Below the pieces are notes generated by a model. It saw only the letters and a list, made by a program, of their open reading frames with translations. It did not search any database and was not told where the DNA came from. 64,000 nucleotides of DNA, from contig CAKSUT010000001.1 in the NCBI GenBank assembly GCA_934502885.1, forward strand, positions 143,814-207,813, written 5' to 3'. This document shows positions 26,905 through 36,006 of the stretch, in pieces (position 1 is the stretch's first letter; every line of letters starts with the position of its first letter). Source of the DNA: an uncultured Eubacteriales bacterium (GTDB lineage Bacteria > Bacillota > Clostridia > Oscillospirales > CAG-382). A program made the translations under genes and the position numbers.

Positions 26905-26947
26905 CCAAACAAAACTCAGAAGAGCGACCGTTGCCGACCGCTCTTCT
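26905..26947 (-). terminator. intrinsic terminator-like hairpin inside the rimP-nusA leader (candidate attenuator)
   Basis: The minus-strand RNA reads AGAAGAGCGGUCG-GCAA-CGGUCGCUCUUCU. That is a 13-bp stem with a GNRA loop, followed by GAGUUUUGUUUGG. It lies ~25 nt upstream of the rimP RBS and downstream of the promoter. Confidence 0.6.
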
Positions 26948-26970
26948 ATACTCCTTATACTTATGGCTAT

Positions 26971-26999
26971 ATTATACCACAATTTACGGAAAATGCAAG
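26971..26999 (-). promoter_or_regulatory. promoter of the rimP-nusA-infB operon
   Basis: On the minus strand: TTGCAT, a 16-nt spacer (..TGTGG), then TATAAT (plus-strand attata at 26971-26976). Confidence 0.6.
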
Positions 27000-27059
27000 T
27001 GCTTTGGATATGTATTTACGATTTATTAGAAATTTTGATACAATTACAAATATCAAAAA

Positions 27060-27100
27060 AGGCATCAGGGACACTCGCGAAGAATGTCCCCGTTTTTGCC
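27060..27100 (-). terminator. bidirectional hairpin downstream of the DUF1540 gene
   Basis: The stem is gggaca / tgtccc (27068-27073 / 27085-27090), flanked by T-runs on both strands. Confidence 0.55.
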
Positions 27101-27139
27101 TCACTTACCGCTCACAAAAAAGAACCGTCTTTGAGAAAG

Positions 27140-27463
27140 TTATCTGTTGGTAAAAGTTTCGCATCTTGTCTCACTGCAGTTGCAAGCGTAGCACGTACCT
27201 ACGTCGATGCCGTCAGCGGTGCAGGTATTGCCGCTGTTGTACTTACACTCGGCTGCGGAGCACTCTATCTCGCTGTCGGAGCAGGGACATGTGCTGTCAC
27301 AGGCAGCGGAGTTTGTGAGGGAGTTTACCTTGTCGGAAAAGCTTGCGCACTCGGTATCCTCATAGCTGTCGGCGTTCTCTCCGTCTACGCTTATCGCGGT
27401 GCGGCAGCAGCCTCTGTCGCAGTTGTAGATGCACTTTACGGCATCGCATGAAATGTTAGGCAT
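27140..27463 (-). CDS. Cys-rich DUF1540-type protein (two copies of the motif)
   Basis: The two copies are ..CDAVKCIYNCDRGCCRTAISVDGENA..TECASF.. and ..CSAAECKYNSGNTCTADGIDVG....TRCETF... AAGGA-type RBS. Confidence 0.6.
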   Translation of the reverse strand: MPNISCDAVKCIYNCDRGCCRTAISVDGENADSYEDTECASFSDKVNSLTNSAACDSTCPCSDSEIECSAAECKYNSGNTCTADGIDVGTCYACNCSETRCETFTNR

Positions 27464-27540
27464 AATATCATTCCTTTCATCATTCTTTGCAAAGCTCTGC
27501 GCTGTTGCAATGATATTATGCTCACAATGTCGTTTTTAAT

Positions 27541-28041
27541 TCAGCGTGTTTTTTTGTTTTCAAATAAATTGACAACGTAAAGACCGCTTTTACGGCACTT
27601 TTCGACCGTATACCGTGTTCCGCCGGGCTGTCCGCTGTAGAATGCGATACAGGCAGAACTCATATCCACCATAAAATCGTTGCGTTCATGCATACAGCCG
27701 GGAGTGTGGACGTCGTGAAGAATTATAACCTCGTCGGCGGCTTTTTTCACCCTGTCATAAACCGCGCGCTGAGTGAAATTCCATCGTTCGTCCTGATTGG
27801 CGCAGGGAACGGCAAGCACAAGCTTCATGTCATCGTAGACGCTCCGGAGACCTATGACGGTAAGTTCCGCAAGAGTGTCGAATCCTATCGCACCGCCGCC
27901 GACAAAGGTTCTGTACCCTTTCCCATACATTTCGAGGACTGCGTCCTTTACCTTCAGAGAAAGAGACTCCTTTGCGTCGTACGGTATCAGTCTGTGACCG
28001 GTAAAACAGCAAGTGCCGGTCTTATCGTAGTTACCTTTCAT
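27541..28041 (-). CDS. SLOG-family (DUF1273/YpsA-like) protein
   Basis: ..GTCCFTGHRLIPY..GYRTFVGGGAIGFDTLAELTVIGLR..LVLAVPC.NQDERW.. AGGAG lies 6 nt upstream of the ATG. Confidence 0.7.
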   Translation of the reverse strand: MKGNYDKTGTCCFTGHRLIPYDAKESLSLKVKDAVLEMYGKGYRTFVGGGAIGFDTLAELTVIGLRSVYDDMKLVLAVPCANQDERWNFTQRAVYDRVKKAADEVIILHDVHTPGCMHERNDFMVDMSSACIAFYSGQPGGTRYTVEKCRKSGLYVVNLFENKKTR

Positions 28042-28122
28042 AGCCGCTCCTGTAAATTACAAATTCAACGATTTAATGATATCACATTTTCGGTACGATA
28101 AACAGTACCTCACTGCATTCGG

Positions 28123-28156
28123 CAAAGAAACGCCGAGTCCGGGAAACGGACTCGGC
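28123..28156 (-). terminator. rho-independent terminator of the giant gene
   Basis: The stem is gccgagtccg / cggactcggc (28132-28141 / 28147-28156). On the minus strand it is followed by GTTTCTTTG. Confidence 0.8.
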
Positions 28157-28192
28157 ATCACTTACTATTTGCTTACCTTTTCGGTTTAAACC

Positions 28193-31100
28193 TTATTCGG
28201 CTTCTGTGCAGAAGGTTACGCTCTCAATATAGAGGGTGTCGCCGTGAGCAAAGCTCGAAGAGGAGGTTGTGCCGAAAGGATTGAGTATGAAGCCCTTGGT
28301 GAGGTAAGCGGAGGGAGTACCGCCAAGTCTTATCTTAACGGTTGCCCACTCATTTGCCTTGAGGTCTTCTGTTGCCGTGAAGGTTCTCTCGCCCATTGCA
28401 CCCTCGTCGCCTCTGATTCCGATGGAGAGAAGCTTGATGGAGGGCTTAACAGCCTCAGCAGACTCTGTCTTGAAGTAGTAGGAGATAACAGCGTACTTGT
28501 AGTTCTTCATGCTGATAACGCCGCCGTCCGCATTGACCGCGGTAGTACCGTCGATCTGAACCGCACCGGAGTCGTTTCCGCCGGGAACTATTGCAACAAC
28601 AGTCTTCTCATCCTTAGTTGTGAGAGTGGAGCTGAAGTTCTTCTTGTTATCGTATGAGTATCTGAGCATCTCGGGGCCTACAACGGTAGGATCCTTAGCT
28701 TCGATATCAGCATCGGTAAGCTCGCCCTCTTCGATGATTTCCTCCTCTTCCTCTTCGTCGGTTGTGCCGCTTCTGAGCTTTTCGAGGTCGGGCTTTGTGG
28801 GATACCATGTAAGAGACTCAATGTAGATTATATCTCCGACAGGGATCTTGTTAGCCGCAACGTCGCTGAACGGACGGAGGTGGAACTGCATTGTCTTATA
28901 CTTGGTCTGATCCGCAGGATTGATATCGAACATTACGTAGTTCCAGTCGTTAGCCTTGATTTCGGAAACTTCGCACTGTGCCTTGAAAGTACCGCCGCTA
29001 ACCTTGTTTTCGTCATCCCCCAAACCGCCTGCATAGAGATTAATTACAGGAACACCGTATACAGCCTCGTTCTTTGTTTCATAATAGTATTTGAGAACGA
29101 CATATCTGTATACCCTCGTATCAATAACACCCTTGGGAGAATTTTCGGTGGTAGGAATTCTTGAATAGCCCTCGATTGCTAAATTCTTAGTGCTTTCGCT
29201 GTTCGGAACGATCTTACCTACATTAACATCGTCCTTGGTATCTGCTGTACCGGTGAATGCGCCGGACTTGTCAACCTGACCTGTAAGAGAAGTACCCTTT
29301 GTAACAAGAGGAACCTTCTTAACCGTCGGGGTCGTGGGCTTATCATCCTTTTTATCGTCGGAAGCAACCTTTACTGTGGGAGCTGCGCCGCCGCTGATTG
29401 TTGTTTCGGGCTTATCCGTATAGAATGTAAGGGAGATGATATCGATTGTCTGACCTGCGGGGATATCGGGACCCTTGAGTCCGCCGAATGCGGAGAAGTG
29501 GTACTGTGCGAGTTCGCCGAGACCGGAGAGACTCTTGTCGGACATTGCCTTGCCGATATCGAAGATTGCGGTTGCCCACTTGTTAGCTTCGAGAGGTGTG
29601 GCATTGATTATGCCAACGCCGCTGTTGCCGCCGAGAGGTCTGAGTGTCATCTTGGTTGCCACCTGTTCCTCACCTTCGGGTACTCTGTAGTAATAGATAA
29701 CCTCAGCGTACTTGTAGGTGTCAAGATCAACGCCTCTGCCCTTTATGTTCCAACCGTCGCTTACAACGGAAGAACCAACGGAAGGATTATGATTGGGTGT
29801 ATATCTTATTGTTTCGTACTTGCCGTCGCCGATAGGCTGAACAGTCATGATTGCGTGGTCGTTGCCGTCCATCTTGAGGTTAAGCTGTTTCGGAGATACA
29901 ACTACAGGATCCTTGGTCTGAGCCGCGGACTGAGTGATTACGAAAGGCTTAGCTCTTTCGAGACCGTTGTTCTTATCTCTGATAATCTCAAGAATATAAA
30001 CGAACTTGGAGCCGGAATCCGGTTTCGGAGGCTTGGGATTTATGACTGCGTCGAAGGAAGCATTGTCGATCTTATCCTTGTCGAAAGTTCCCGGATATCC
30101 GCTGATGTTGAGCTTCTTTTCGGTAGAACTGTTGTTACTCTCGCCTGCGGAAATCGTCTCGTTCTTCATATCCCTGAAGTCGCCGCCGTTGATTGTGATG
30201 ATGATATCGCCGCCGACTCTTGTGTCGGGTCTCTTGTTGCCGCCGATGATTTCCGCGTCGGAGGTGAACTTGCCGCCGTTGATGATAACGTTGACATCGC
30301 CGCCTACGTTGCCGTCCTCAGCACCGCCGCGAACAGTACCGTTGAATGTACCGTTGTTGATTGTGATTGTGGAACCGCCGGTAACGGAACCTACGGAACC
30401 GACGACATCTGCGTACTCACCGCTGTTGATTGTGATATCCGCTTTGTCAGCCGTGCCCTCCGCATCGGAAGTGCCGCCTATGAGCGTGAGATACTGTGTA
30501 TTTGGCTTTACGGTGATGCCTGTATCCATGGTGAGCTTTCCGCCACCCGCATCGATACCCGCACGCTCTGTGGAGTTAACAGCAAAGGTGATGTTCTTGA
30601 ATCTTGCGTTAAGACCCGCAAGCTTAAGGAATGCGCCGTCTTCGATTGTTATTGTGGAATCCTTGGTTGCACCTACTATAAGGATTTCGGAACCGGAAGA
30701 TGCCTTTTCCTCGTTTCCTTCGGAGGTATAATCGAGAACAACTATCTTACCGCTGTAAGAAGCGTTGGGATTACCGCCAGCGGGAACTTCCGTGAGAAGC
30801 CCAACCGCCCTCTTTATCGATGCTACGGGAGCTGTGGAGGCTCCTGTGTTTGCATCATCGCCGCTTGCGGAGGAGAGGTAAATTGTGTTAACTTCGAGAA
30901 CGTCGAACGTGGACTGGTCTATCTTCTTAAGAAGAGCTTCGCCGTCACCGCTATAGTCAAGAGCATTGAGAATTGCCTTTCCCTTTACGGCTGTCGTATT
31001 ACCTCTCGCAACGATTGTTTTTTCATTAAGTGCGGAGAAATCTCCTCCGGTAATTGTTAGGGTGAAGTTGCCGTTGATGTTAAGAGGTCTGTCGGTAGCG

Positions 31101-34100
31101 AACGGTCTAAATCCTGCGTATGCCTTTCCCCCGTTGACGGTGATATTGACATCACCCGTTACGGTTACGTCGGAAGCACCGCCCCAGCCTTGGGAAATTG
31201 TGCCGAACGAACTGCCTTCGTTATAGGTGAAGTTCATTGAGGAGAGGGTCTGCGTACCGCTTTGTACCCATGTGTGTGTTCTAATTGTACCGATCGCACA
31301 GCCGTTAACAATCATGTTAGAGGCAGTGAACATAGGCTTTGCGGAGGTATTGAGGTTGGTAGAAAGGATTACATCGTCAGCAACGCCTTTCTTTCCGAGA
31401 ACGAGCAGGTGGTTGCCCATCTGGAGGGAGTTGTCATTGCCGCCGGGGAGCCAGTTGAGCCAAACGTTCTCGAAAGTGAGAGGACCCCTTGCATCATTCA
31501 TGTAGTAAAGGTTGAGCTTTACCTTAGCTGTGGGATCGTCTTCGTCCTCAGCACCTCTTACGGTAATCATATCGGTGTGAGACGGGAATCCGAGAGCCTT
31601 GCCTGCGCCGTCAACGAGGTTGAAGTCGTCGCAAACTATAACGTAACCGCCTACGCCCTTGAGCGCCGCAAACGCTGCGTTCATTGTGCCGTAAGCCTTT
31701 GTGGAGTCAACGGAACCCTTGTAGTTGCCGGTGTACGTACCCATTGCGGAGAGATATACAACAGCCTTGCCGTCGTCGGGAGTATACTTGTAAGGAATGA
31801 TGAGACCGTTCTCATCGAGCTTGGGAAGGTTACCTATGAATACTTCGGTATTCTTCTCTCTGGAGATTACGGTGTCGAACATATAAATCTTGTTCGTTGC
31901 GTCGAATGCCGTTGCATCCTCACCGTAAGGATAGAGCTTGAAGGAGTTGAAGTTGTTTGCAAGACCGCCAATCTCAAATGTTGCGATAGCATAGTTGTTT
32001 GCTACGATAACCTGCTCTGCTTCAACAATTGCGTTGTCGCCGAACTGAGCTGTAACCTTGAGGTCTGTGGGGATTGCGCTGTTGGAGTGGAGGTAGTAAC
32101 CAACCTTAACATAAGGCTGCCACTCGGGGTTAACGGTGCTGTCAAGCTTGTACTCAACGAAAGGAGCTGCGGGAGCGTCAGTCTTGAGAGTGAGCATCGT
32201 TGTGTCGCCGGCTACGAAGGGCTTCTCCTCTGTGAGGAGGCCGTCGGCGTCGCGTCTGTTTACCCAGTTGATGCCGGGGATTACTATGTCGTCCTGAGGA
32301 ATTACTATCTCGCCGAAACGGTCGGTGGAAACCTTGCCGTAGTCGAGAGAGTAGCTCATGCTGTTCTGTGCGAAGGAGATGCTCTTGATGTAGAGGTGGA
32401 AGCCCTCTTCGAGAGCGGTCTCGGAGGCGGTGAACTTTATGTGGGAAGCGCCTCTGAACTGAGAAGCGTCAAAGGAAGCTGTACCCCACTCGTTTACAAC
32501 GAGGTCATTGAACATGAATGCAACTCCGCCGTTGTCCTCGATCTTCATCGAACCGGCAACAGTCTTGTCACTCTTTATGCTTGAGATGTAGTAAACGATA
32601 GAGCCGCCGCTTATCGTGTTTGCTATGCTCTTGGGAATGCTTACGACTGCGCCGTCCGCTACCTTTGCAACGTCGAAGTTGTCAAGTGCGATAACGGTTA
32701 CGTTCTTGTCACCGTACTGCTTTAGCTCGGCAGGAAGAATTGTGAAGTCATCAGCGTTGCCGTTGAAGTTTGTGTTTGTACCTGTAATCTTAACGGGACC
32801 TGTTATGTTAACGTCGTTATCAACCGTGAGCTTGTAGTTGCCGGCGTCGATAACGGAATCGTCGCCCGTTACGATTTCGATATCCTTGAAGTACATGTTG
32901 CCGCCGAGCGTAAGAGTTGCGCCGGGAGCTATTGTGAGCTTTGTACCGGTAACGGTAACTGTTGCTGCATGAGTCGGGAGAGTTGTGTCTGCGGAAACCG
33001 TAAGACCTTCGCTCTCTGCAACTACAGTACCGCCGTATGCTGTGGTGGAGGTGGAGCCTGCGATTACTTCGTTGACACCTGCTGTGAGGTTTTCGCCGCT
33101 CTTTGTGGTTGTTACCTTATATACTTCGTTGAATGCCGCAGGGTTTGCGGAGGAAGCCATGGCAGGATTGTCAATGACATTGAGAATCTTCTTGCCGCCT
33201 ACATTTGTGTTGCCGGCTACAGAAAGCAGCTTTGCAAACGTACCGCCTACAAGGTTGAGAGTAAGGTCGCCGTCAATCCAAACCTTCTCGTTACCGGCGA
33301 GATTTACGAAGTTATTGCCGAATGTACCGCCGTAGATGCTTATGGTGTAGTTTCCCTTAACTCTGGAGTTTGCTTCTGTACCGTTGCCGCCGTGCATACC
33401 CTTGAGGTTGGAGCCTGTGAAGTTACCGCCGTAAATTGTAAGTTTTGCGTCGCCGTTGATAACGCCCTTACCCCATGCACCGAGGACTCTGAGTTCGGGA
33501 GCAACCATACCTGAGTAGAACGTAAGGTCAACCTTGGGGCTTTGTCCGCCGTCGTTACCGCCGATGATACCGAGAGCAGGTGTAGTGCCGGATTTCTTTA
33601 CCCAAACAATATCGGTATCAGAACCTCCGGGTTCTCCGAAGATGCCTTTCTTTCCGGCAAGAATAATACCTGTATCGCCGTTTGTTCCGTTGGTAAACTC
33701 AATATACTTCTGGAACCATGTATCTCCGTTTATCGGAGCCTGAGAACGGAAATAAATCTTAGCGGTGTATGTTTCCGTACCTCTTACCTTAATAAGATTC
33801 GTGTGAGTCGGAAATCTCTTGTATACATTGCCGTCAATGATTATCGGCTTCTTATCTTCTCCGCCCAAATCATCCGCATTCGCCACAAAAATATCGGAGA
33901 GAAGTACGAGCGTACCGCCGCCTACCTTATCGAGTGCGTTGACCGCTGCAGTGAGGTCGCCGTAAGGATTGAGGGAGGTGGACTTATCGGGAGTACCGGT
34001 GTAAGTACCGCCTGCCATGTAGTAAGCAACCGCCTGACCGTCGGGATCCTCATAGATGTAAGGACGAATGTCGCCGTTTTCCTCGAGGTCGGGTTTTGCG

Positions 34101-35668
34101 TAGGATACGGAGGAGGTGTCCTCTGTCTGAGAGAAGACTATCTTCTTTATGTATACCTTATTGGAAGCCGCAGGTGTGAATTCGAGGGTGTTACCAAAAG
34201 GATAGAATTCTGCGCCCTTGGTTGTATGTACATTCTTGATTGCGCCGAGGTCAAAGAGTGCGACCGTCCATCCGTCCGCCACAACTGCGGAGGAAGCCTT
34301 GACGACATTGCCCTCAACCTCAATTGCCGGAGTACCGGAAACAGCACCGTGAGCGTAGTACTCTATTCTCACATAGGGCTGCCACTCGGTTCTTATCGGC
34401 ACTGCGTCTATATGTACGGAGTAAGCGGACTTGCCGACAATGGGAGAAAGCTTTGCAGCCTTACCGCCGACGAAGTCTACAACCCCTGTCTCGAACGTTT
34501 CGCTCTCAAGAGCGTCCATGGATTCGCCTTCCTTGATGAAGTCGTCCATCTTGCCGACGAGTTCGTCATTCGAGTCATACTTCGGAACGGAGAAGGTCTT
34601 GTTGGAGACGGTCTTGTTCGAGTATGTAATAGACTTTACGAATATTCTCTGTCCGTCTGCCGGTGTTACCTTGAGCGTCTGCTCGGCGGAAGCGCCTGCG
34701 GCGGAGATATCAATAACCGCTGTCGCCCACTTTCCGGTTACAAACCCATCAGCCGTAACGGTATCGGAATCAACGATAGTGGAGGTTACGGGGTAAGCTG
34801 TGCCGTTAACGGTGAGAGTGATTTCGCCCGCGCCTGCGCCGACTGCAACGTAGTTAACATTTGCGATTGTGTATTCGTCGTTGAGATTCTCGGTTGTCTT
34901 CTTCTCGGAAGCGGTCTTCTCAACGAGACCCGCCGTGAAGTCGTCAGCCTTGAACTCCGTACCGATGCCGAAGCCGTTGTCGCTTGTCAGCGGAACGCAA
35001 ACGGGTCTTACACCGCCGGTGATTGTGGTAACGGGCTTCTCGGAGTAGAACGTGAAGCCGGCAATATCAAGGCTCTGATTCTCGGGGATGTTCTTATAGT
35101 TAACGCCACCGAAAGGACGGAAATGATACTGCTTCAGATTTTCGGTAAGCGAAGCCCAAGCCGTCTTTGTTGTCATGTCAAAAATGGCACTTGACCACCG
35201 GTTTGCAACGATCTTTTCGTCGGAGCTAACCACTCCGGCACTGCTTGCATTCTGAAGCCAGCTTATCTCCATCTTTGTGTCAACAGGGGTACTGCCTTCG
35301 GGCACACTGTAATAGTAGATAATCTCTATGTACTTGTACTTGGAAGGAGATACATTCTTATCTCCAACAGGCCAACCGTCAGCAACGATAATCTTGCTGT
35401 TTCCAAGAATTGTTGCTGCATAATTCGGAGCAAATCTTACGGTCTTTGTCTTTCCGTCATCAAGAGTCTGGAAAGAACGGATGTCGGTGTCAACACCGTC
35501 CATGCGCGGAAAGAATTCTGAGGTTATGTCAAGCGCAATCGGCGTTTCTGTGAACGTGTTGTCATGCTTGATCTCAAGATCCGCAGCGGATACGCTTACG
35601 CCTGTTGTGAAGACGAAAGCAGACAGTATCATCAGGATTGCCAATACTGTCGAGAGAGTTTTCTTCAT
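28193..35668 (-). CDS. giant (~2,490 aa) secreted modular protein with six CBM-like modules and three beta-helix-like regions; no assignable anchor or catalytic domain
   Basis: The ORF is uninterrupted. The start was moved to ATG 35666-35668 (MKKTLSTVLAILMILSAFVFTTGVSVSA signal peptide; AAGGAG upstream). Internal duplications are described in the findings. Confidence 0.85.
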   Translation of the reverse strand: MKKTLSTVLAILMILSAFVFTTGVSVSAADLEIKHDNTFTETPIALDITSEFFPRMDGVDTDIRSFQTLDDGKTKTVRFAPNYAATILGNSKIIVADGWPVGDKNVSPSKYKYIEIIYYYSVPEGSTPVDTKMEISWLQNASSAGVVSSDEKIVANRWSSAIFDMTTKTAWASLTENLKQYHFRPFGGVNYKNIPENQSLDIAGFTFYSEKPVTTITGGVRPVCVPLTSDNGFGIGTEFKADDFTAGLVEKTASEKKTTENLNDEYTIANVNYVAVGAGAGEITLTVNGTAYPVTSTIVDSDTVTADGFVTGKWATAVIDISAAGASAEQTLKVTPADGQRIFVKSITYSNKTVSNKTFSVPKYDSNDELVGKMDDFIKEGESMDALESETFETGVVDFVGGKAAKLSPIVGKSAYSVHIDAVPIRTEWQPYVRIEYYAHGAVSGTPAIEVEGNVVKASSAVVADGWTVALFDLGAIKNVHTTKGAEFYPFGNTLEFTPAASNKVYIKKIVFSQTEDTSSVSYAKPDLEENGDIRPYIYEDPDGQAVAYYMAGGTYTGTPDKSTSLNPYGDLTAAVNALDKVGGGTLVLLSDIFVANADDLGGEDKKPIIIDGNVYKRFPTHTNLIKVRGTETYTAKIYFRSQAPINGDTWFQKYIEFTNGTNGDTGIILAGKKGIFGEPGGSDTDIVWVKKSGTTPALGIIGGNDGGQSPKVDLTFYSGMVAPELRVLGAWGKGVINGDAKLTIYGGNFTGSNLKGMHGGNGTEANSRVKGNYTISIYGGTFGNNFVNLAGNEKVWIDGDLTLNLVGGTFAKLLSVAGNTNVGGKKILNVIDNPAMASSANPAAFNEVYKVTTTKSGENLTAGVNEVIAGSTSTTAYGGTVVAESEGLTVSADTTLPTHAATVTVTGTKLTIAPGATLTLGGNMYFKDIEIVTGDDSVIDAGNYKLTVDNDVNITGPVKITGTNTNFNGNADDFTILPAELKQYGDKNVTVIALDNFDVAKVADGAVVSIPKSIANTISGGSIVYYISSIKSDKTVAGSMKIEDNGGVAFMFNDLVVNEWGTASFDASQFRGASHIKFTASETALEEGFHLYIKSISFAQNSMSYSLDYGKVSTDRFGEIVIPQDDIVIPGINWVNRRDADGLLTEEKPFVAGDTTMLTLKTDAPAAPFVEYKLDSTVNPEWQPYVKVGYYLHSNSAIPTDLKVTAQFGDNAIVEAEQVIVANNYAIATFEIGGLANNFNSFKLYPYGEDATAFDATNKIYMFDTVISREKNTEVFIGNLPKLDENGLIIPYKYTPDDGKAVVYLSAMGTYTGNYKGSVDSTKAYGTMNAAFAALKGVGGYVIVCDDFNLVDGAGKALGFPSHTDMITVRGAEDEDDPTAKVKLNLYYMNDARGPLTFENVWLNWLPGGNDNSLQMGNHLLVLGKKGVADDVILSTNLNTSAKPMFTASNMIVNGCAIGTIRTHTWVQSGTQTLSSMNFTYNEGSSFGTISQGWGGASDVTVTGDVNITVNGGKAYAGFRPFATDRPLNINGNFTLTITGGDFSALNEKTIVARGNTTAVKGKAILNALDYSGDGEALLKKIDQSTFDVLEVNTIYLSSASGDDANTGASTAPVASIKRAVGLLTEVPAGGNPNASYSGKIVVLDYTSEGNEEKASSGSEILIVGATKDSTITIEDGAFLKLAGLNARFKNITFAVNSTERAGIDAGGGKLTMDTGITVKPNTQYLTLIGGTSDAEGTADKADITINSGEYADVVGSVGSVTGGSTITINNGTFNGTVRGGAEDGNVGGDVNVIINGGKFTSDAEIIGGNKRPDTRVGGDIIITINGGDFRDMKNETISAGESNNSSTEKKLNISGYPGTFDKDKIDNASFDAVINPKPPKPDSGSKFVYILEIIRDKNNGLERAKPFVITQSAAQTKDPVVVSPKQLNLKMDGNDHAIMTVQPIGDGKYETIRYTPNHNPSVGSSVVSDGWNIKGRGVDLDTYKYAEVIYYYRVPEGEEQVATKMTLRPLGGNSGVGIINATPLEANKWATAIFDIGKAMSDKSLSGLGELAQYHFSAFGGLKGPDIPAGQTIDIISLTFYTDKPETTISGGAAPTVKVASDDKKDDKPTTPTVKKVPLVTKGTSLTGQVDKSGAFTGTADTKDDVNVGKIVPNSESTKNLAIEGYSRIPTTENSPKGVIDTRVYRYVVLKYYYETKNEAVYGVPVINLYAGGLGDDENKVSGGTFKAQCEVSEIKANDWNYVMFDINPADQTKYKTMQFHLRPFSDVAANKIPVGDIIYIESLTWYPTKPDLEKLRSGTTDEEEEEEIIEEGELTDADIEAKDPTVVGPEMLRYSYDNKKNFSSTLTTKDEKTVVAIVPGGNDSGAVQIDGTTAVNADGGVISMKNYKYAVISYYFKTESAEAVKPSIKLLSIGIRGDEGAMGERTFTATEDLKANEWATVKIRLGGTPSAYLTKGFILNPFGTTSSSSFAHGDTLYIESVTFCTEAE

Positions 35669-35708
35669 GTTTGAGCACACTCCTTGAAAATATATTTGAT
35701 GCAATGGT

Positions 35709-35737
35709 ATTATAATACAAATCGAATTAAAAATCAA
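35709..35737 (-). promoter_or_regulatory. promoter of the giant gene
   Basis: On the minus strand: TTGATT (35732-35737), a 17-nt spacer, then TATAAT (35709-35714). Confidence 0.6.
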
Positions 35738-35886
35738 GGCTTTTTTCAAAAAACTTAAGCCGTTTTAAGCACCCTCTTTCATTTTCTCCAAAATGCACAA
35801 AAACCGACCCGAATTTTTGTGTATTCGGCTCGATATTTTGGTGAACTCGCCGAAACGCTTTTATTTCTTAATTTTAACAAATTTGC

Positions 35887-35915
35887 TTGAAATAGTCACA
35901 TTGTTGTGATATAAT
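35887..35915 (+). promoter_or_regulatory. promoter of the DUF1015-valS unit
   Basis: TTGAAA (35887-35892), a 17-nt spacer ending in TGa, then TATAAT (35910-35915). Confidence 0.7.
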
Positions 35916-36006
35916 AATGGGGAATATCGCAAAGTGTTTACTGTGTGCCGCAAGGTCGAAATAACTTTAACGATATTCAAGCAAACAAACGAAAGGAATG
36001 AACACT

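Noticed and set aside
29498-35194. Plus-strand ORFs of 520, 440 and 550 aa (and many smaller) inside the giant gene.
   Set aside because: All three start at positions congruent with the giant gene's codon boundaries, so they are in the antisense codon-aligned frame. Together with 6156-7184, 17177-18100, 24950-25984 and 36580-37350, they fit the same shadow-ORF pattern.
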